64,000 nt of DNA from Armatimonadota bacterium (GCA_031400935.1 JANNQV010000039.1:1-64000); one strand, 5' to 3'. Positions 1 to 10,641 are shown, numbered from the stretch's first letter. The notes: generated by a model not told the origin, from the sequence alone. Numbers and translations are program-made.

Positions 1-80
1 GGGTGGGGACTGAGTGTACCGTGCAGTTCACCCACCATCCCCAACCTCTTCCTCCCAAGGGAGGAATGGGCTTTCGGAGA

Positions 81-1235
81 CTATGAGAACTTCAGACTGA
101 TCCCGCGATTCTGAATCTCTTGGACAAACTTGGTGCCTGTCATCGCTGTTTCATAGCGGTGGGCACCAGGTCCGATGTGGCCATCTGCGATGTCTTTCGC
201 ATAGATTGCCATAGAGAAGCCTGTCAGCCTTTCCATGGAGGTAAAGCCGGTGTCTTCGCACTCGCGGTCGAAAATGTCAATCTGAATTCGCTTGTCTTTG
301 CCATCCTTTTTGCCGACGCCGACTGCTCGAACTGCGCACATATCGCGATCTTCGAACTTCGATAATGCCTCGCCGAACACTTTGTAGAAGAGATTCCTTG
401 GCACGACTGAATTGCCGTCAACCTCGACAGGATCATTGCCCCAGAATCCGAAATCCTTGAAAATCTTTATTCGTTCGCAATGCCCTGGGAATCGGATGGT
501 TTTGTATTCGTAATTCGGAATCTTGCCTTCGAATGTGTAAGGCGCTGTTGAAGTTCCGCCTGAAGTTACAAACGCTTCCATCTTTCCAAGCTCGTCAATA
601 TCAAGCTCTTCTAACTCCGTCAATGTGTCTACAAAATGAATCTTGCCATTTCGTAGCGTGACGCCCTGAAAATCGTATTCGGTAACTAAACCTTCGACGT
701 TGAAGGTGAGTTTGTAATTAAATGGCGGCTTGGGGTTTTGTGGTAGCACGCCGCAATACATCTTTATCGAATCCACTTCATCGAGCTGTTCGATGCAGTA
801 GCAGCCAAGGTTGTTGACGAGGCCGGGAGCGAGTCCGCAGTCGGGCACCAAAGTAACTCCAGCGGCTTGCGCTTGCTCGTCGAGGGCCAAAGTTTCTAGC
901 GTGACTTCGGTGTTTCCGCCGAGGTCGCACATGCTGCATTTGGCCTCGATTGCAGCTTTTGCGATGGCAGGATGCATATAGTAAGGAACGCAAGAAAGAA
1001 GAACGTTTACGCCTTTCAAACTTTCTACAAGCGATGCATGATTCATCGCATCAGCTACGAATGGCTCGCAGATTTTAGAACCGACCAAATCATTCACTCG
1101 CCAAGCCGATTTCGTGGCCTGATCAAGGCACACATCCAGCATTTTTATCTTTGCCGGACTAGCATGTTTGGCGAGATCGTAGGCGGCGGCAGTCCCTTGC
1201 ATTCCCGCGCCCAACACAGCGTAAACCTTACTCAT
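81..1235 (-). CDS. Saccharopine dehydrogenase / lysine 6-dehydrogenase family protein
   Basis: N-terminal Rossmann VLGAGMQG; CDLGG, DCGLAPGL, YKTIRFPGH and MERLTGF motifs typical of this family. Confidence 0.85.
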   Translation of the reverse strand: MSKVYAVLGAGMQGTAAAYDLAKHASPAKIKMLDVCLDQATKSAWRVNDLVGSKICEPFVADAMNHASLVESLKGVNVLLSCVPYYMHPAIAKAAIEAKCSMCDLGGNTEVTLETLALDEQAQAAGVTLVPDCGLAPGLVNNLGCYCIEQLDEVDSIKMYCGVLPQNPKPPFNYKLTFNVEGLVTEYDFQGVTLRNGKIHFVDTLTELEELDIDELGKMEAFVTSGGTSTAPYTFEGKIPNYEYKTIRFPGHCERIKIFKDFGFWGNDPVEVDGNSVVPRNLFYKVFGEALSKFEDRDMCAVRAVGVGKKDGKDKRIQIDIFDRECEDTGFTSMERLTGFSMAIYAKDIADGHIGPGAHRYETAMTGTKFVQEIQNRGISLKFS

Positions 1236-1254
1236 TTTTATCTTTTCTCCATTG

Positions 1255-1282
1255 AAAAAACCCGCGCATCATCGCACGGGCT
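1255..1282 (-). terminator. Probable intrinsic terminator downstream of the MFS gene
   Basis: Minus strand reads CCCGUGC-GAUGAU-GCGCGGG followed by U6. Confidence 0.55.
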
Positions 1283-1333
1283 TATGAGATATTGTACCCG
1301 GTGGGAGGGGTTTTCGGCTAACCAAGAGTATGA

Positions 1334-2596
1334 TCAGGCAGGCTTGCTGGTTGGTAATTCCGAAGCAGCTACAACCGTTTCCGCCTTGCGATACCCGGCA
1401 TGAAGCAACGCAAGCATCGCCACAATCGCCATTCCTGCACCCATCACCACATACGAACCCACCAGCCCAATCCCTGCCACCATAATGCCCGCCATGAACA
1501 TTCCCACTGGATGAACGCCCGCCGAAACCATAGATAGCGCACTATTTACACGCCCGCGAAAAGAGTCTTCGGTTGTTGATTGAATATAGGTTTGCATGGG
1601 AATATGCGCCCATGGGAGGGCAATGCCCGCTGCCATATTCCACCAGCAAAACGCCCAAATGTTGCGCGAAAATGCCATTACCAAAACAGTAACTCCTACA
1701 ATAGCGAGAGACCAGGAATTCGCTTGACCTGGATAGCGGGTTCTTATCTTTCCGCAAACAACCGAGCCAATTGCCATGCCGACAAAGAAGCTCCACTCAA
1801 AATAGGCAATTGTCTGTGGCCTTCCGTCGAACCACTGGTTGTTCGTCGCTAAATACACGATGTAGAACGGCGAGATGAACAAATTCAAGAAGAACGAAAC
1901 GAAAACCATTACTAGCAAAACTGAATGGTTGCGAATGTAATGGAACCCATCTTTTATGTCTTCAAAGGGGTGCTTTTCCTCGGTTTGATCTGGAATGATT
2001 TTAGGGAGTTTCGCAACAAACCATGCGGAGATGGCAAACGACAAAAGGTTCAGTCCAACCGCCGAAACCCAGAAAATGATTGGTGAAAATTCGTAAAGAA
2101 ACGTCATTATGGTAACAGAAAGCGGAATGCTGATTACTGGCATCATGCTTTGAGTTGTCATCGAAAGTGCATTTGCAACATTGAGCGATTCAACAGGCAC
2201 AAGCCTCGGAATGGATGCTCCCTTTGCAGGCATGAAAAAGACCCGAAACGAAGATAGCAAGAATGGAGTTATGAAGAGCGCGACAAGTGGTGCCCTCCCC
2301 GAAAAAAGAACAACTGCCCCAAAAACTCCCAATACGGCAGCACTAAAAATGTCGCTCCAGAGGAGAATCATTCTTCGATCCATCCTGTCGGCAATCACGC
2401 CAGCGTATGGTCCCAAAAGCAGATAGGGAAGCCACTCCATAGCCGCCACAAAACCTGTCAGCGCCACGTTGCCCGTGAGCTTCATCACCATGAAAAGAAA
2501 CACGATGTTGTAGAAGGAATCGCCCATCTGCGAAATCGCTTGGCCGAGCCAGAGATTCCGGAAATCACGTATGCGAAGCACTTCTTTGAAGGTCAT
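1334..2596 (-). CDS. MFS transporter (MFS_3 / macrolide-efflux-like)
   Basis: RDFRNLWLGQAISQMGD start, GVIADRMDRR motif A, about 12 TM segments, FRGRVNS motif; ATG at 2596 preferred. Confidence 0.88.
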   Translation of the reverse strand: MTFKEVLRIRDFRNLWLGQAISQMGDSFYNIVFLFMVMKLTGNVALTGFVAAMEWLPYLLLGPYAGVIADRMDRRMILLWSDIFSAAVLGVFGAVVLFSGRAPLVALFITPFLLSSFRVFFMPAKGASIPRLVPVESLNVANALSMTTQSMMPVISIPLSVTIMTFLYEFSPIIFWVSAVGLNLLSFAISAWFVAKLPKIIPDQTEEKHPFEDIKDGFHYIRNHSVLLVMVFVSFFLNLFISPFYIVYLATNNQWFDGRPQTIAYFEWSFFVGMAIGSVVCGKIRTRYPGQANSWSLAIVGVTVLVMAFSRNIWAFCWWNMAAGIALPWAHIPMQTYIQSTTEDSFRGRVNSALSMVSAGVHPVGMFMAGIMVAGIGLVGSYVVMGAGMAIVAMLALLHAGYRKAETVVAASELPTSKPA

Positions 2597-2614
2597 AGTC
2601 AATTGGATCGAAAG

Positions 2615-2655
2615 AATTGTATGGTTTGGATGGATGGGATGGATTGCTTGGACCG
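2615..2655. repeat. Degenerate 9-bp-period ATGG/GGAT tandem repeat (same family as 27147..27221)
   Basis: aattgtatggtttggatggatgggatggattgcttggac. Confidence 0.55.
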
Positions 2656-2703
2656 ACCCTATATGATGACAGCGAAGCTAAGTGCCCCATTGCATTCCAG
2701 GAC

Positions 2704-3438
2704 TTATTTCAGGTCTGGAATGGGCATGTGAGTTTTTCCCGTTTCGAGTATCCGGATCATCCATTCGCCGTAAGGCATTTTGCTTTCGCGAATTTTCTGA
2801 ACTTCACTTTCGGTTAAAAATTCCACACGGCGGATCGTCAGTTCGCCATCGTCGAGAAGCAAATAGGAGGCTCGTTTGTCACCATCGAACGGCAATCCGA
2901 CACTCCCTGTATTTACGACCGTAAAACTTGGAAGTTTGCGAATGTGTGCGTGGTGGATGTGGCCGTAAACAACGGTTTTGGTTGCAAGCTCAGCGTAGAC
3001 ATTTTCAAACTCTGAGTCAGGAGCATCGAAAGATGGGGCGATCCAAACACTATTCGGACTTGCATGAACGAGCGCAATCTGTTCGATGACTATCTTTTTT
3101 GGCAAAGTTCGAAGCCACTTGATCCGTTCGGCACCCAAACGATTCCTTGCGTAATCTGCACGATCGTGTATTGCCTCCCAGAGTAGAGCCAAATGCGCTT
3201 TCTTCTTGGCAAAATCCTCCAGCGAATTAGGGTCGAACATCAATTCGTCAATGTTGCCCATAACGCCCTGCCAGCCCAGTTCTCGAATCCGGTCTACAAC
3301 TTCTGGCCCGGAACAGCTTCCGTCGGCAAGGTCGCCGCCATGAACGATTAGGTCTGGCGAAGTTTCTTTCAGGTCAGCCAGCACCGCTTCAAATGCGGTT
3401 AGGTTGGCATGGATGTCGGAGAGAATGGCCATTCGCAT
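2704..3438 (-). CDS. Metallophosphoesterase (calcineurin-like, YfcE family)
   Basis: SDIHAN, GDL, GNID, HASP, GHIH and NTGSVGLP motifs. Confidence 0.88.
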   Translation of the reverse strand: MRMAILSDIHANLTAFEAVLADLKETSPDLIVHGGDLADGSCSGPEVVDRIRELGWQGVMGNIDELMFDPNSLEDFAKKKAHLALLWEAIHDRADYARNRLGAERIKWLRTLPKKIVIEQIALVHASPNSVWIAPSFDAPDSEFENVYAELATKTVVYGHIHHAHIRKLPSFTVVNTGSVGLPFDGDKRASYLLLDDGELTIRRVEFLTESEVQKIRESKMPYGEWMIRILETGKTHMPIPDLK

Positions 3439-3525
3439 AAGCCTAACTGCATTATCCCTGATGAAGTCTTCAGTGCTGGCTAGTTGGCTCCATACATTCC
3501 GTTAAGTCTGAGTAGAGGGGGGGGT

Positions 3526-5256
3526 TCATTTCCCCGCCAGCCTGTCTAAAACGTCCTTGAACTTCTCCCTCACAACCTTCCTCTTTACTTTCATCGAAGG
3601 CGTCAGCTCACCGGATTCGATTGAGAAGGTCGCATCAATTAGCTCGTACCGTTTCATTCTTTCAAAGTCGGCGAGAGATTTGTTCACCTTGCCAATTTCT
3701 TCTTTGAGAAGTGCTTTTACGGGCTCAAGGTGCAGCATTTCAGCATTCGAAGGAGGCTTCAATCCTTGCCCACTTAAGTAAGCAGAAAGGTGCTCGAAAT
3801 GCGGAATGACAAGGCCATAAACGTACTCGCAAGCATCGCCAAACAGAACGACTTCTGAAACAAATCGAGACTCCTTCAGCTTGGTTTCAATCGGTTGCGG
3901 GGCGACGTTTTTGCCGTTTGCCAGCACGAGCAAGTCCTTTTTACGGTCGGTAATCTTGATCAAATCGCCTTCCCACTGGCCGATATCTCCGGTATGCAAC
4001 CAGCCGTCAGAAGTCATTGCGGCGGCGGTGTCTTCCGGCAGCTTGTGATAGCCATCCATGATGTTTTCGCCACGAACCAATAGCTCGCCGTCTTCGGCAA
4101 ATTTCGCCTCTACCCCCGCTACTGGCCGGCCGACTGTCCAGTACTTGTTCTCTTCGCCAAAAGGCACAATGCTTACCGCTGCGCAAGTTTCGGTTAAGCC
4201 ATAAGCCTGGTGCACAGGCAATCCAAACGACGCCCAAAACTCATAAGTATGAGGAGCCAATGCCGCTCCACCTGCTACGAAAAACCGAATTTTCCCGCCT
4301 AGTTTTTCGCGAATTTTGGTGCCCACTAATAGGTCTAAGAATGGCATCAGCGGTGCCATTCCGCCCCTTGTTTTCTTTTTTCCTTGCGCCAATGTCATCT
4401 TGAACATTTTTTGCTTAAAGCCCGATTGTTTTGCCATCGAATCCGTGATTCGGTCTTGCATCGCCTCCAAGAAGCGAGGAACGGTTAAGAAAATCGTGGG
4501 CTTCACGGTTTCAAGGTCGTGCAAAATTCCCGAAAGACTTTTCATGTAGCCAATGCATGCGCCGCACGAAATCGGCAGCCAATGCCCGGCATACCTTTCG
4601 AAAACATGGGAAAGCGGCAAGAAAGAGAAGAACACATCGTTGTGATCAATCGGCAAGCTGCTCATGACTGCGTGATTCAAAAAGCACGGCGCACGGTGGG
4701 ATAGGATAACGCCTTTTGGGTTTCCGGTCGTGCCGCTCGTGTAGATCAAGGTGGCCAAATCGCCCGGCATGACATTGTCAATCGCGGCGTTCCAGTCTTC
4801 TTCAGATAGCGTTCTCTTTGTCGCAAGCTCCGCAATTGAGACGGCTTCTCCTCGAAGCATCATTACCGGTACGCCCTTTATGCCTTTTAATCGCTCTGCG
4901 TGTTCCTTGCTTCCGGCAACGCATAGCTTAACTTCGGCATTTTTGGCAATGAATTGCGCCTGATCTTTGGGCAAGCTAGGGTAAATGGGCACTAAGGCAA
5001 TCCCCAATGACTGGCAAGCCCAATCCAGAAGCGCCCATTCGTGGCAGTTTTCGGATTGAATTGCGACTCTATCGCCTTTTGTAAGCCCCAAATCAATTAG
5101 AGCGGCACAATAGCATCGAACTAATGCTGCGAATTCTTTATACGTTATCTTGGTATAACCAACTTTGTTTGGAACCATGTAAGCGACGCGATTCGCGTAC
5201 TTTTTACAAGATTGCCGCAAGGTATCAGCGAGTGTTTTTGGATTTTCGGAGGCCAT
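3526..5256 (-). CDS. fadD: Long-chain fatty acid-CoA ligase (AMP-binding)
   Basis: YTSGTTGNPKG, YGLTET, GWLHTGDIG and DRKKDL motifs. Confidence 0.9.
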   Translation of the reverse strand: MASENPKTLADTLRQSCKKYANRVAYMVPNKVGYTKITYKEFAALVRCYCAALIDLGLTKGDRVAIQSENCHEWALLDWACQSLGIALVPIYPSLPKDQAQFIAKNAEVKLCVAGSKEHAERLKGIKGVPVMMLRGEAVSIAELATKRTLSEEDWNAAIDNVMPGDLATLIYTSGTTGNPKGVILSHRAPCFLNHAVMSSLPIDHNDVFFSFLPLSHVFERYAGHWLPISCGACIGYMKSLSGILHDLETVKPTIFLTVPRFLEAMQDRITDSMAKQSGFKQKMFKMTLAQGKKKTRGGMAPLMPFLDLLVGTKIREKLGGKIRFFVAGGAALAPHTYEFWASFGLPVHQAYGLTETCAAVSIVPFGEENKYWTVGRPVAGVEAKFAEDGELLVRGENIMDGYHKLPEDTAAAMTSDGWLHTGDIGQWEGDLIKITDRKKDLLVLANGKNVAPQPIETKLKESRFVSEVVLFGDACEYVYGLVIPHFEHLSAYLSGQGLKPPSNAEMLHLEPVKALLKEEIGKVNKSLADFERMKRYELIDATFSIESGELTPSMKVKRKVVREKFKDVLDRLAGK

Positions 5257-5280
5257 TTTCGTACTTCAATATAGATTCGA

Positions 5281-6588
5281 CTAAAGTAACGAACGTTCCT
5301 TCACCATAAAATAAAAAGACACAAGTTCGCTTGCCAAATCTTGCGGTTCAGCTTCCAAATGGTGAATGTCCGCGTTGCTCAATGAAGTGCCTGCGGCTTT
5401 GCGATCTTCTGATACAAAGAGGGCCGCCGCTTTTGCATAAAAATCTTCGTTTGCATGAATCGCGCCTTTGGCCATTGCCTTGAGCATCGGATCTCCGACT
5501 CTGGCGATCAATGCCAAGTGCCGCCGATTGATGTGATGAAATGCGGTCAGAAACGAACTGGCTTCGTCTGGTCCGTCGAGGTCTGTAAAATTAACGATGA
5601 GCGAGCGTCGTTTGTAGCGGGTGCCGAGGTAAGAAAATGCACTAATGAAGTCGGTTTCGACAGGCTCTGCGACGAGATCATGCAGCGCTTCGATAATAAT
5701 TCCAACCTGGCTTCGCCCTTTTTTGGGGGGAATGTAGCGGCGAACATTGTCGCTATAAACTAAGAGTCCAACCAGGTCACCTGCTTGAGCAACTGCGTGA
5801 GCCAACATCAAAACAGAATCTAGTACGTGGTCCAGCTTTGATACGCCGTTTACTTCGCTCAGCATTCTTCGACCAACGTCAATGCAAAGAATCACCGACT
5901 GATTTCGCTCCTGCTCGAATTGCCGAACGACCAATTTGTTTCTGCGGGCAGTCGCTTTCCAGTCAATTTTTCGGTAGTCGTCGCCTAAGGTGTAATCGCG
6001 CAAGGATTCAAATTCGGTTCCTAGTCCTCGGATGCGCGATTTCCGAATCCCAATCTGCCTTAGTTTGCCTCTTTGCTTCAAAAGGTCAAATTCTCGCAAA
6101 GCTAGAATGTTCGGATAGATTCGCACAGGCTGCTCCGTATTCAGCTTCCATTGGCGCTCGATAAGTCCTAAAGGGCAACGCAACCGAAGAAAAGTGCCTC
6201 TGAAGAAATCGCTGCCCCGCCGATGTGGCGTGACTGTGTATGAAAATTCTGCGATCCTGCCAGCTTCTAAGTTTATGGCGTGCTCGTTTCTTTCAGCGGT
6301 CGAACCTGCTGGTGATTCATCCCGAAACCGCCCGATCAATGGTTCAAGCCCGTCATTTGTGACTTCAACTCCCACCCTATTTGCAACTCGAACGGATAAA
6401 ACGGGGTCAAAATTTCGGCGGATTTTCAAGTTTCGAGCGTTCGGGCAGATTCGAAAATCAGTAACTGCCGCTGAGAGCAGAAGTAGGTTGTACGCAAGAA
6501 GGGCCCACGGAGCACCCACCTGAAATGCAAGGGCTCCTAACGGAACGCCTAGGCAAATCAAGACCCACATTCTTTGTGTTGGAATCAT
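5281..6588 (-). CDS. DUF58 domain protein (vWA-like MoxR partner)
   Basis: GTEFESLRDYTLGDDYRKIDWKATAR signature; N-terminal TM segments. Confidence 0.88.
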   Translation of the reverse strand: MIPTQRMWVLICLGVPLGALAFQVGAPWALLAYNLLLLSAAVTDFRICPNARNLKIRRNFDPVLSVRVANRVGVEVTNDGLEPLIGRFRDESPAGSTAERNEHAINLEAGRIAEFSYTVTPHRRGSDFFRGTFLRLRCPLGLIERQWKLNTEQPVRIYPNILALREFDLLKQRGKLRQIGIRKSRIRGLGTEFESLRDYTLGDDYRKIDWKATARRNKLVVRQFEQERNQSVILCIDVGRRMLSEVNGVSKLDHVLDSVLMLAHAVAQAGDLVGLLVYSDNVRRYIPPKKGRSQVGIIIEALHDLVAEPVETDFISAFSYLGTRYKRRSLIVNFTDLDGPDEASSFLTAFHHINRRHLALIARVGDPMLKAMAKGAIHANEDFYAKAAALFVSEDRKAAGTSLSNADIHHLEAEPQDLASELVSFYFMVKERSLL

Positions 6589-6610
6589 TTGTTTTCGATT
6601 GGTAAATGGA

Positions 6611-6652
6611 ATCGGTTATCGGTTATTAGTTATCGGTTGTCGGTTGTCGGTT
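6611..6652. repeat. Heptamer tandem repeat (GGTTRTC)n
   Basis: atcggttatcggttattagttatcggttgtcggttgtcggtt. Confidence 0.7.
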
Positions 6653-6742
6653 TGAACTATATCCGAATACGTTCCTATCCAAACCAACCCAACAATATCA
6701 CATTGTTCAGGACGCACAAGCCATGCTGTGGTACATTTTGCC

Positions 6743-7504
6743 ATGGCTGCCCAGGACCTTGTACTTTTGAGTCCGGAAAAATCTGTCCTTACATTTCGAA
6801 TTGCCACTATTGGCAGCCGAATCATGGCCATTTTGGTTGATTTGATCATTCTGTTCTCCGCACTCATGGGAATCGTGGTTGTTCTCGCCATCGCAATGGG
6901 TTTGACGGGCGGAGCTGGAGGAGGAGAATTGTTGAGCGGCGTGATGATGGTTGTCATGTCGCTCGGGCCATTTTTGTATTTCATACTCTTAGAAGGCCTT
7001 TGGAACGGGCAAACCGTCGGAAAGAAGGCACTAGGAATTCGAGTTCGCATGGCAGATGGAACTCCGATTACTTTTGGCGCTGCACTTGGACGCAACCTAC
7101 TGCTTCCCGCCGACTTGATGCCAGGAACTGGATTTGTTGGCTTGCTAGCGATGTTTACGAACGTAAAATGCCAGCGGCTGGGCGATCTTGTAGCGAATAC
7201 AATTGTGTTGCACGAGCGAAAGCCAGAACCTATTTTTGCAGTCGCGCCACATATTGTGGCTCTTCATCCGCTAGAAGCTCATGTCGGAAACTTACAAAAA
7301 ATGACCATTGAAGAGTACAACGCGTTACGCCTGCTATGCGACAGGTTTCCAGAACTTCCTCGTGATATGCAATTACGATTAATGTCAGATGTTTGGAAAC
7401 CATTTTCTCAGCGACACGAACTGCAAGGGTTTCCTGGAGTGGACCCAGTATTTGTTGCCGAAGCTGTTGTCATGCGATACGGCAGAATCCACGGATTGTT
7501 ATGA
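6743..7504 (+). CDS. RDD family membrane protein
   Basis: SRIMAILVD, GQTVGKKALGIRV and QRLGDLVANT motifs; ATG at 6743. Confidence 0.88.
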   Translation: MAAQDLVLLSPEKSVLTFRIATIGSRIMAILVDLIILFSALMGIVVVLAIAMGLTGGAGGGELLSGVMMVVMSLGPFLYFILLEGLWNGQTVGKKALGIRVRMADGTPITFGAALGRNLLLPADLMPGTGFVGLLAMFTNVKCQRLGDLVANTIVLHERKPEPIFAVAPHIVALHPLEAHVGNLQKMTIEEYNALRLLCDRFPELPRDMQLRLMSDVWKPFSQRHELQGFPGVDPVFVAEAVVMRYGRIHGLL

Positions 7505-7755
7505 ACTATTGGGGATTGTGTAGGGATAGTTGGGGGAGACATTTTCACTGTGGAAATCCCTGGGCAACTAATGCCTACAGAGGGGACATATGCACACCGT
7601 TATCCACCATACGTCTTTACCGATATGGATACCCTTTGAGTTCGCCTTTACTGTGTCTTAATTATTATATTTCTGTTTTAGAGGGGTTATCCCCAAAACG
7701 GAACCTCCTTAATAATAATAAGAGCCTTATCTATCAAAGGATGATTTCTTAAGAG
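7505..7755. other. Candidate replication origin (oriC): DnaA boxes, AT-rich tract and DnaA-trio-like repeats
   Basis: One-mismatch DnaA boxes at 7549-7557 (reverse), 7588-7596, 7600-7608 and 7687-7695; AT-rich 7657-7680; TTAATAATAATA at 7709-7720; next to recF; parS nearby. Confidence 0.65.
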
Positions 7756-8874
7756 ATGCTGGGGACAAATCCACTTTCTCTGGCAAGGATGAGGCTTCGT
7801 GATTTTCGAAACTACTCGGATGAGGAAGTCCTGTTTTCTTCTGGATTCAATCTAATAATTGGCAAAAATGCTCAAGGCAAGACAAATTTGCTTGAAGCCA
7901 TTTATGCGATTTCGACAACCCGACTTTTGAGATCATCTAGGGACAACGATGCAATTCAATTTGGAAAGGAATCTGCTGACATTTCGGCTGAATTAGCCGA
8001 ATCAAAAACTGAACTTCGATTTGTACTTCAACGCGGCTTAACTAAGAAGGCATTCTTGAACTCGTTACCCTTGAAGCGAGCGGCAGACTTGCTGGGCAGA
8101 CTTCCCTCGACAACCATCAGTTTGTTTGACATGAACCTTGCAAGAGGAGAACCAAGTGATAGGCGGATGTTTTTGGATTTGGAGTTAAGCCAGGCCTACC
8201 CTGCCTACTTGCAACATTTGGCTAATTTTCGGCGGTCCTTAGATCATAGAAATGCCCTCTTGAAAACCTCACAATCACAATTCGTACCCGTGGAGCATTT
8301 TGAAACATGGGAAGAGCCATTAGCCGAGAGCGCTGCTGCGATTCGAGTTTTTCGTAGCAAATTTGTGATGGAACTAAGCCCTAAGGCGCTAGAGGTTCAT
8401 CATGCGTTAGCTTTGCAAGAAAAGATAGAAATTCGATACGAGTCCAAAGATGGATTGATGGGATGCAATGAGATTGCCTCGGCTTTGGCACGTGAGCGAG
8501 CCACTGACGTCTTTCGCGGCACAACAAGCCTTGGACCGCATCGCGACGACTTGGTGATGGAAATAGACGACCAGGACGCAAGAAAATTTGGCAGCCAAGG
8601 CCAGCAAAGAACAGCGGTCATTGCCTTAAAGTTTGCAGCTCTAGAATTGGCCAAAGAAAGGCTAGGTGTCCCTCCGATCTTGCTTCTCGATGACATTCTT
8701 TCTGATTTGGATGAGGGGAGAAGGGAGCGACTTGTCGAATGGATTGTTCAAGCAGTTGGGCAAGCGGTATTGACTTGCACGGAAGCTTCAGTCGCCGGAC
8801 AGATGATTCAAGAACGGGCAAAGGTTTTTGAAGTATCTTCGGGAAAGATTAAAGTGCTTGAGAAGGGGCGATGA
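7756..8874 (+). CDS. recF: DNA replication/repair protein RecF
   Basis: FRNY, GKNAQGKTNLLEAI, GPHRDD, GSQGQQR and LLDDILSDLD motifs. Confidence 0.96.
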   Translation: MLGTNPLSLARMRLRDFRNYSDEEVLFSSGFNLIIGKNAQGKTNLLEAIYAISTTRLLRSSRDNDAIQFGKESADISAELAESKTELRFVLQRGLTKKAFLNSLPLKRAADLLGRLPSTTISLFDMNLARGEPSDRRMFLDLELSQAYPAYLQHLANFRRSLDHRNALLKTSQSQFVPVEHFETWEEPLAESAAAIRVFRSKFVMELSPKALEVHHALALQEKIEIRYESKDGLMGCNEIASALARERATDVFRGTTSLGPHRDDLVMEIDDQDARKFGSQGQQRTAVIALKFAALELAKERLGVPPILLLDDILSDLDEGRRERLVEWIVQAVGQAVLTCTEASVAGQMIQERAKVFEVSSGKIKVLEKGR

Positions 8875-9275
8875 AAAGAATTCAAAAACTGCTAGAAGAA
8901 TCAATTCCCCAAGCCGAGGTCTTGCGAGGTGCCCGAGCCTATGCGATTTTGAAACGATGGAACGAAGTTGTCGGATTGTCATTAGCACAAAAATCTGCTC
9001 CAGATCGTTACGACCAAGGAACAGTTTGGGTAGCTGTCATAGGTTCAGAATGGGCAAGCGAATTGCGAATGGAACGTCGGCGCATTTTGGATCGGCTCAA
9101 TGACCTTGCGAAAGAAAATTTGTTTACGAATTTGCGATTTGGAGTGAGAAAGTTTTCAACCGCTGTCATTGAGATTCCAGTCGCTGACAATACGGTTCAT
9201 GAACAGACCGGCGGATCCATAAGAGAGATTGGCGAGAGGCTGATCAAGAAGCTGCAGGATGAAGGTCGAGCTTGA
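8871..9275 (+). CDS. DUF721 / DciA family protein
   Basis: WNEVVG...G.VWVAV..SEWASELR motif; canonical position after recF. Confidence 0.8.
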   Translation: MKRIQKLLEESIPQAEVLRGARAYAILKRWNEVVGLSLAQKSAPDRYDQGTVWVAVIGSEWASELRMERRRILDRLNDLAKENLFTNLRFGVRKFSTAVIEIPVADNTVHEQTGGSIREIGERLIKKLQDEGRA

Positions 9276-10641
9276 ATCGAGACCGGCGCTTGTGGCTTGT
9301 GCGGGGCTGATATTTGGAATTTTGGTTCCGACGTCTTGGTGGCTTGGCTTTGGCTGGATGTTTCTTCTTTGGTTTTGCGCTAAGCGTAGCAGCCGAATAC
9401 TGCTTGTTATATCTTTTGTCCTTGGATTTGTGATCGTTCCAAAGTCGAACATAAACACCGAGCAAGCTCGACGACCCTTTTCAGGAAATCTTCAAGTTGT
9501 TTCCGTTCCGCAACTCTATGAAAATGGATATGCTACCGATGTTGCTGGTGATATTGGTTTATACAAGATGTCTTGGGACACACCTAGCCTTTCCCTTGGC
9601 GACAGAGTTTCAGTTCATGGCGAGCTAGTTCCAATAGATCCGAGTATGCGGAAAACGGCAAGTTTAGCAGGTTTTCTTGGACGCATTCGAGCAAAGTCTA
9701 CGGGCATTGAACAACTTTCTTCTGGGCCGCCTCTCTTCGCGCTCGGAACACATTGGCGGGATGGTTTCTACGCATTTTCGAACTCCTCATTGCCACCAGC
9801 TCAAGCTCGAATTTTGCCTGCATTGTCTTTCAATATCGATAGTTTATTGAGTAGCGAGCTTAGACAAAACCTACAGAAAACTGGAACTATTCATATTATT
9901 TCTGCGTCCGGAGCGCATGTACTCATTCTTGCAGTTAGTCTGCTAATTTTGTTGAGCATGCTCCCAATCCCGAGGCACATTCAAATTTTCATTCTTGTTA
10001 CTGTACTTACAGTCTATGCGGCAGGCGCGGGCTTCCGGCCTCCTATCGTTCGCGCAGTAATTATGGCGACCCTAGGCTTGATGTCATACGCCTTTCGAAG
10101 AGAGCCAGATTGGCTAAGCGCACTTGGAATTTCCGTTTTGGGTTACCTAATTTGGAATCCATTGTCGGTTTTTGATATTGGTTTTCAGCTTTCTTTCACT
10201 ACTGTCGGTGCACTCGCGCTTTTCTTGCCCAGATTTGAACCGATTGAAGGAGGCGTTTTTCGAATCATACTTGCCAGGAACAAGCAGCTGATCTTTGCGA
10301 GCTTCATAGCAAGCGTTTCTTCCGCGCCATTGGTGGCTTATCACTTTGGGCAGGTTTCGCTAATTTCGATTCCGGCGAACGTGGCGATAGCTCCAATAAT
10401 TGCTCCTGTCCTCGTTTCCTCGATGCTGGCCTATCCTATTTCGCTCGTTGTGCCTGTGCTTGCTCAGGGAATAATGACTGCAATCGTGGCCCCACTCTTG
10501 GCATTGTTCGAATCATGGGTCAATTCGATGGGGGAACTCTCTTTCGCTTCGATTGCAGTGCCGGAGTTTTCGCCGTACTGGATTCCAGTTATTTACATCT
10601 TGCTGTTTTTGCTTTGGAGGCCTCGTGCGCGCATTGCATAA
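9259..10641 (+). CDS. comEC: ComEC/Rec2 competence membrane domain
   Basis: TGTIHIISASGAHV, PPIVRAVIM and GFQLSF motifs. Confidence 0.9.
   Translation: MKVELESRPALVACAGLIFGILVPTSWWLGFGWMFLLWFCAKRSSRILLVISFVLGFVIVPKSNINTEQARRPFSGNLQVVSVPQLYENGYATDVAGDIGLYKMSWDTPSLSLGDRVSVHGELVPIDPSMRKTASLAGFLGRIRAKSTGIEQLSSGPPLFALGTHWRDGFYAFSNSSLPPAQARILPALSFNIDSLLSSELRQNLQKTGTIHIISASGAHVLILAVSLLILLSMLPIPRHIQIFILVTVLTVYAAGAGFRPPIVRAVIMATLGLMSYAFRREPDWLSALGISVLGYLIWNPLSVFDIGFQLSFTTVGALALFLPRFEPIEGGVFRIILARNKQLIFASFIASVSSAPLVAYHFGQVSLISIPANVAIAPIIAPVLVSSMLAYPISLVVPVLAQGIMTAIVAPLLALFESWVNSMGELSFASIAVPEFSPYWIPVIYILLFLLWRPRARIA

Noticed and set aside
6611..6652. Tandem repeats as a possible CRISPR array
   Set aside because: Units are 7-9 bp with no unique spacers, and there are no cas genes
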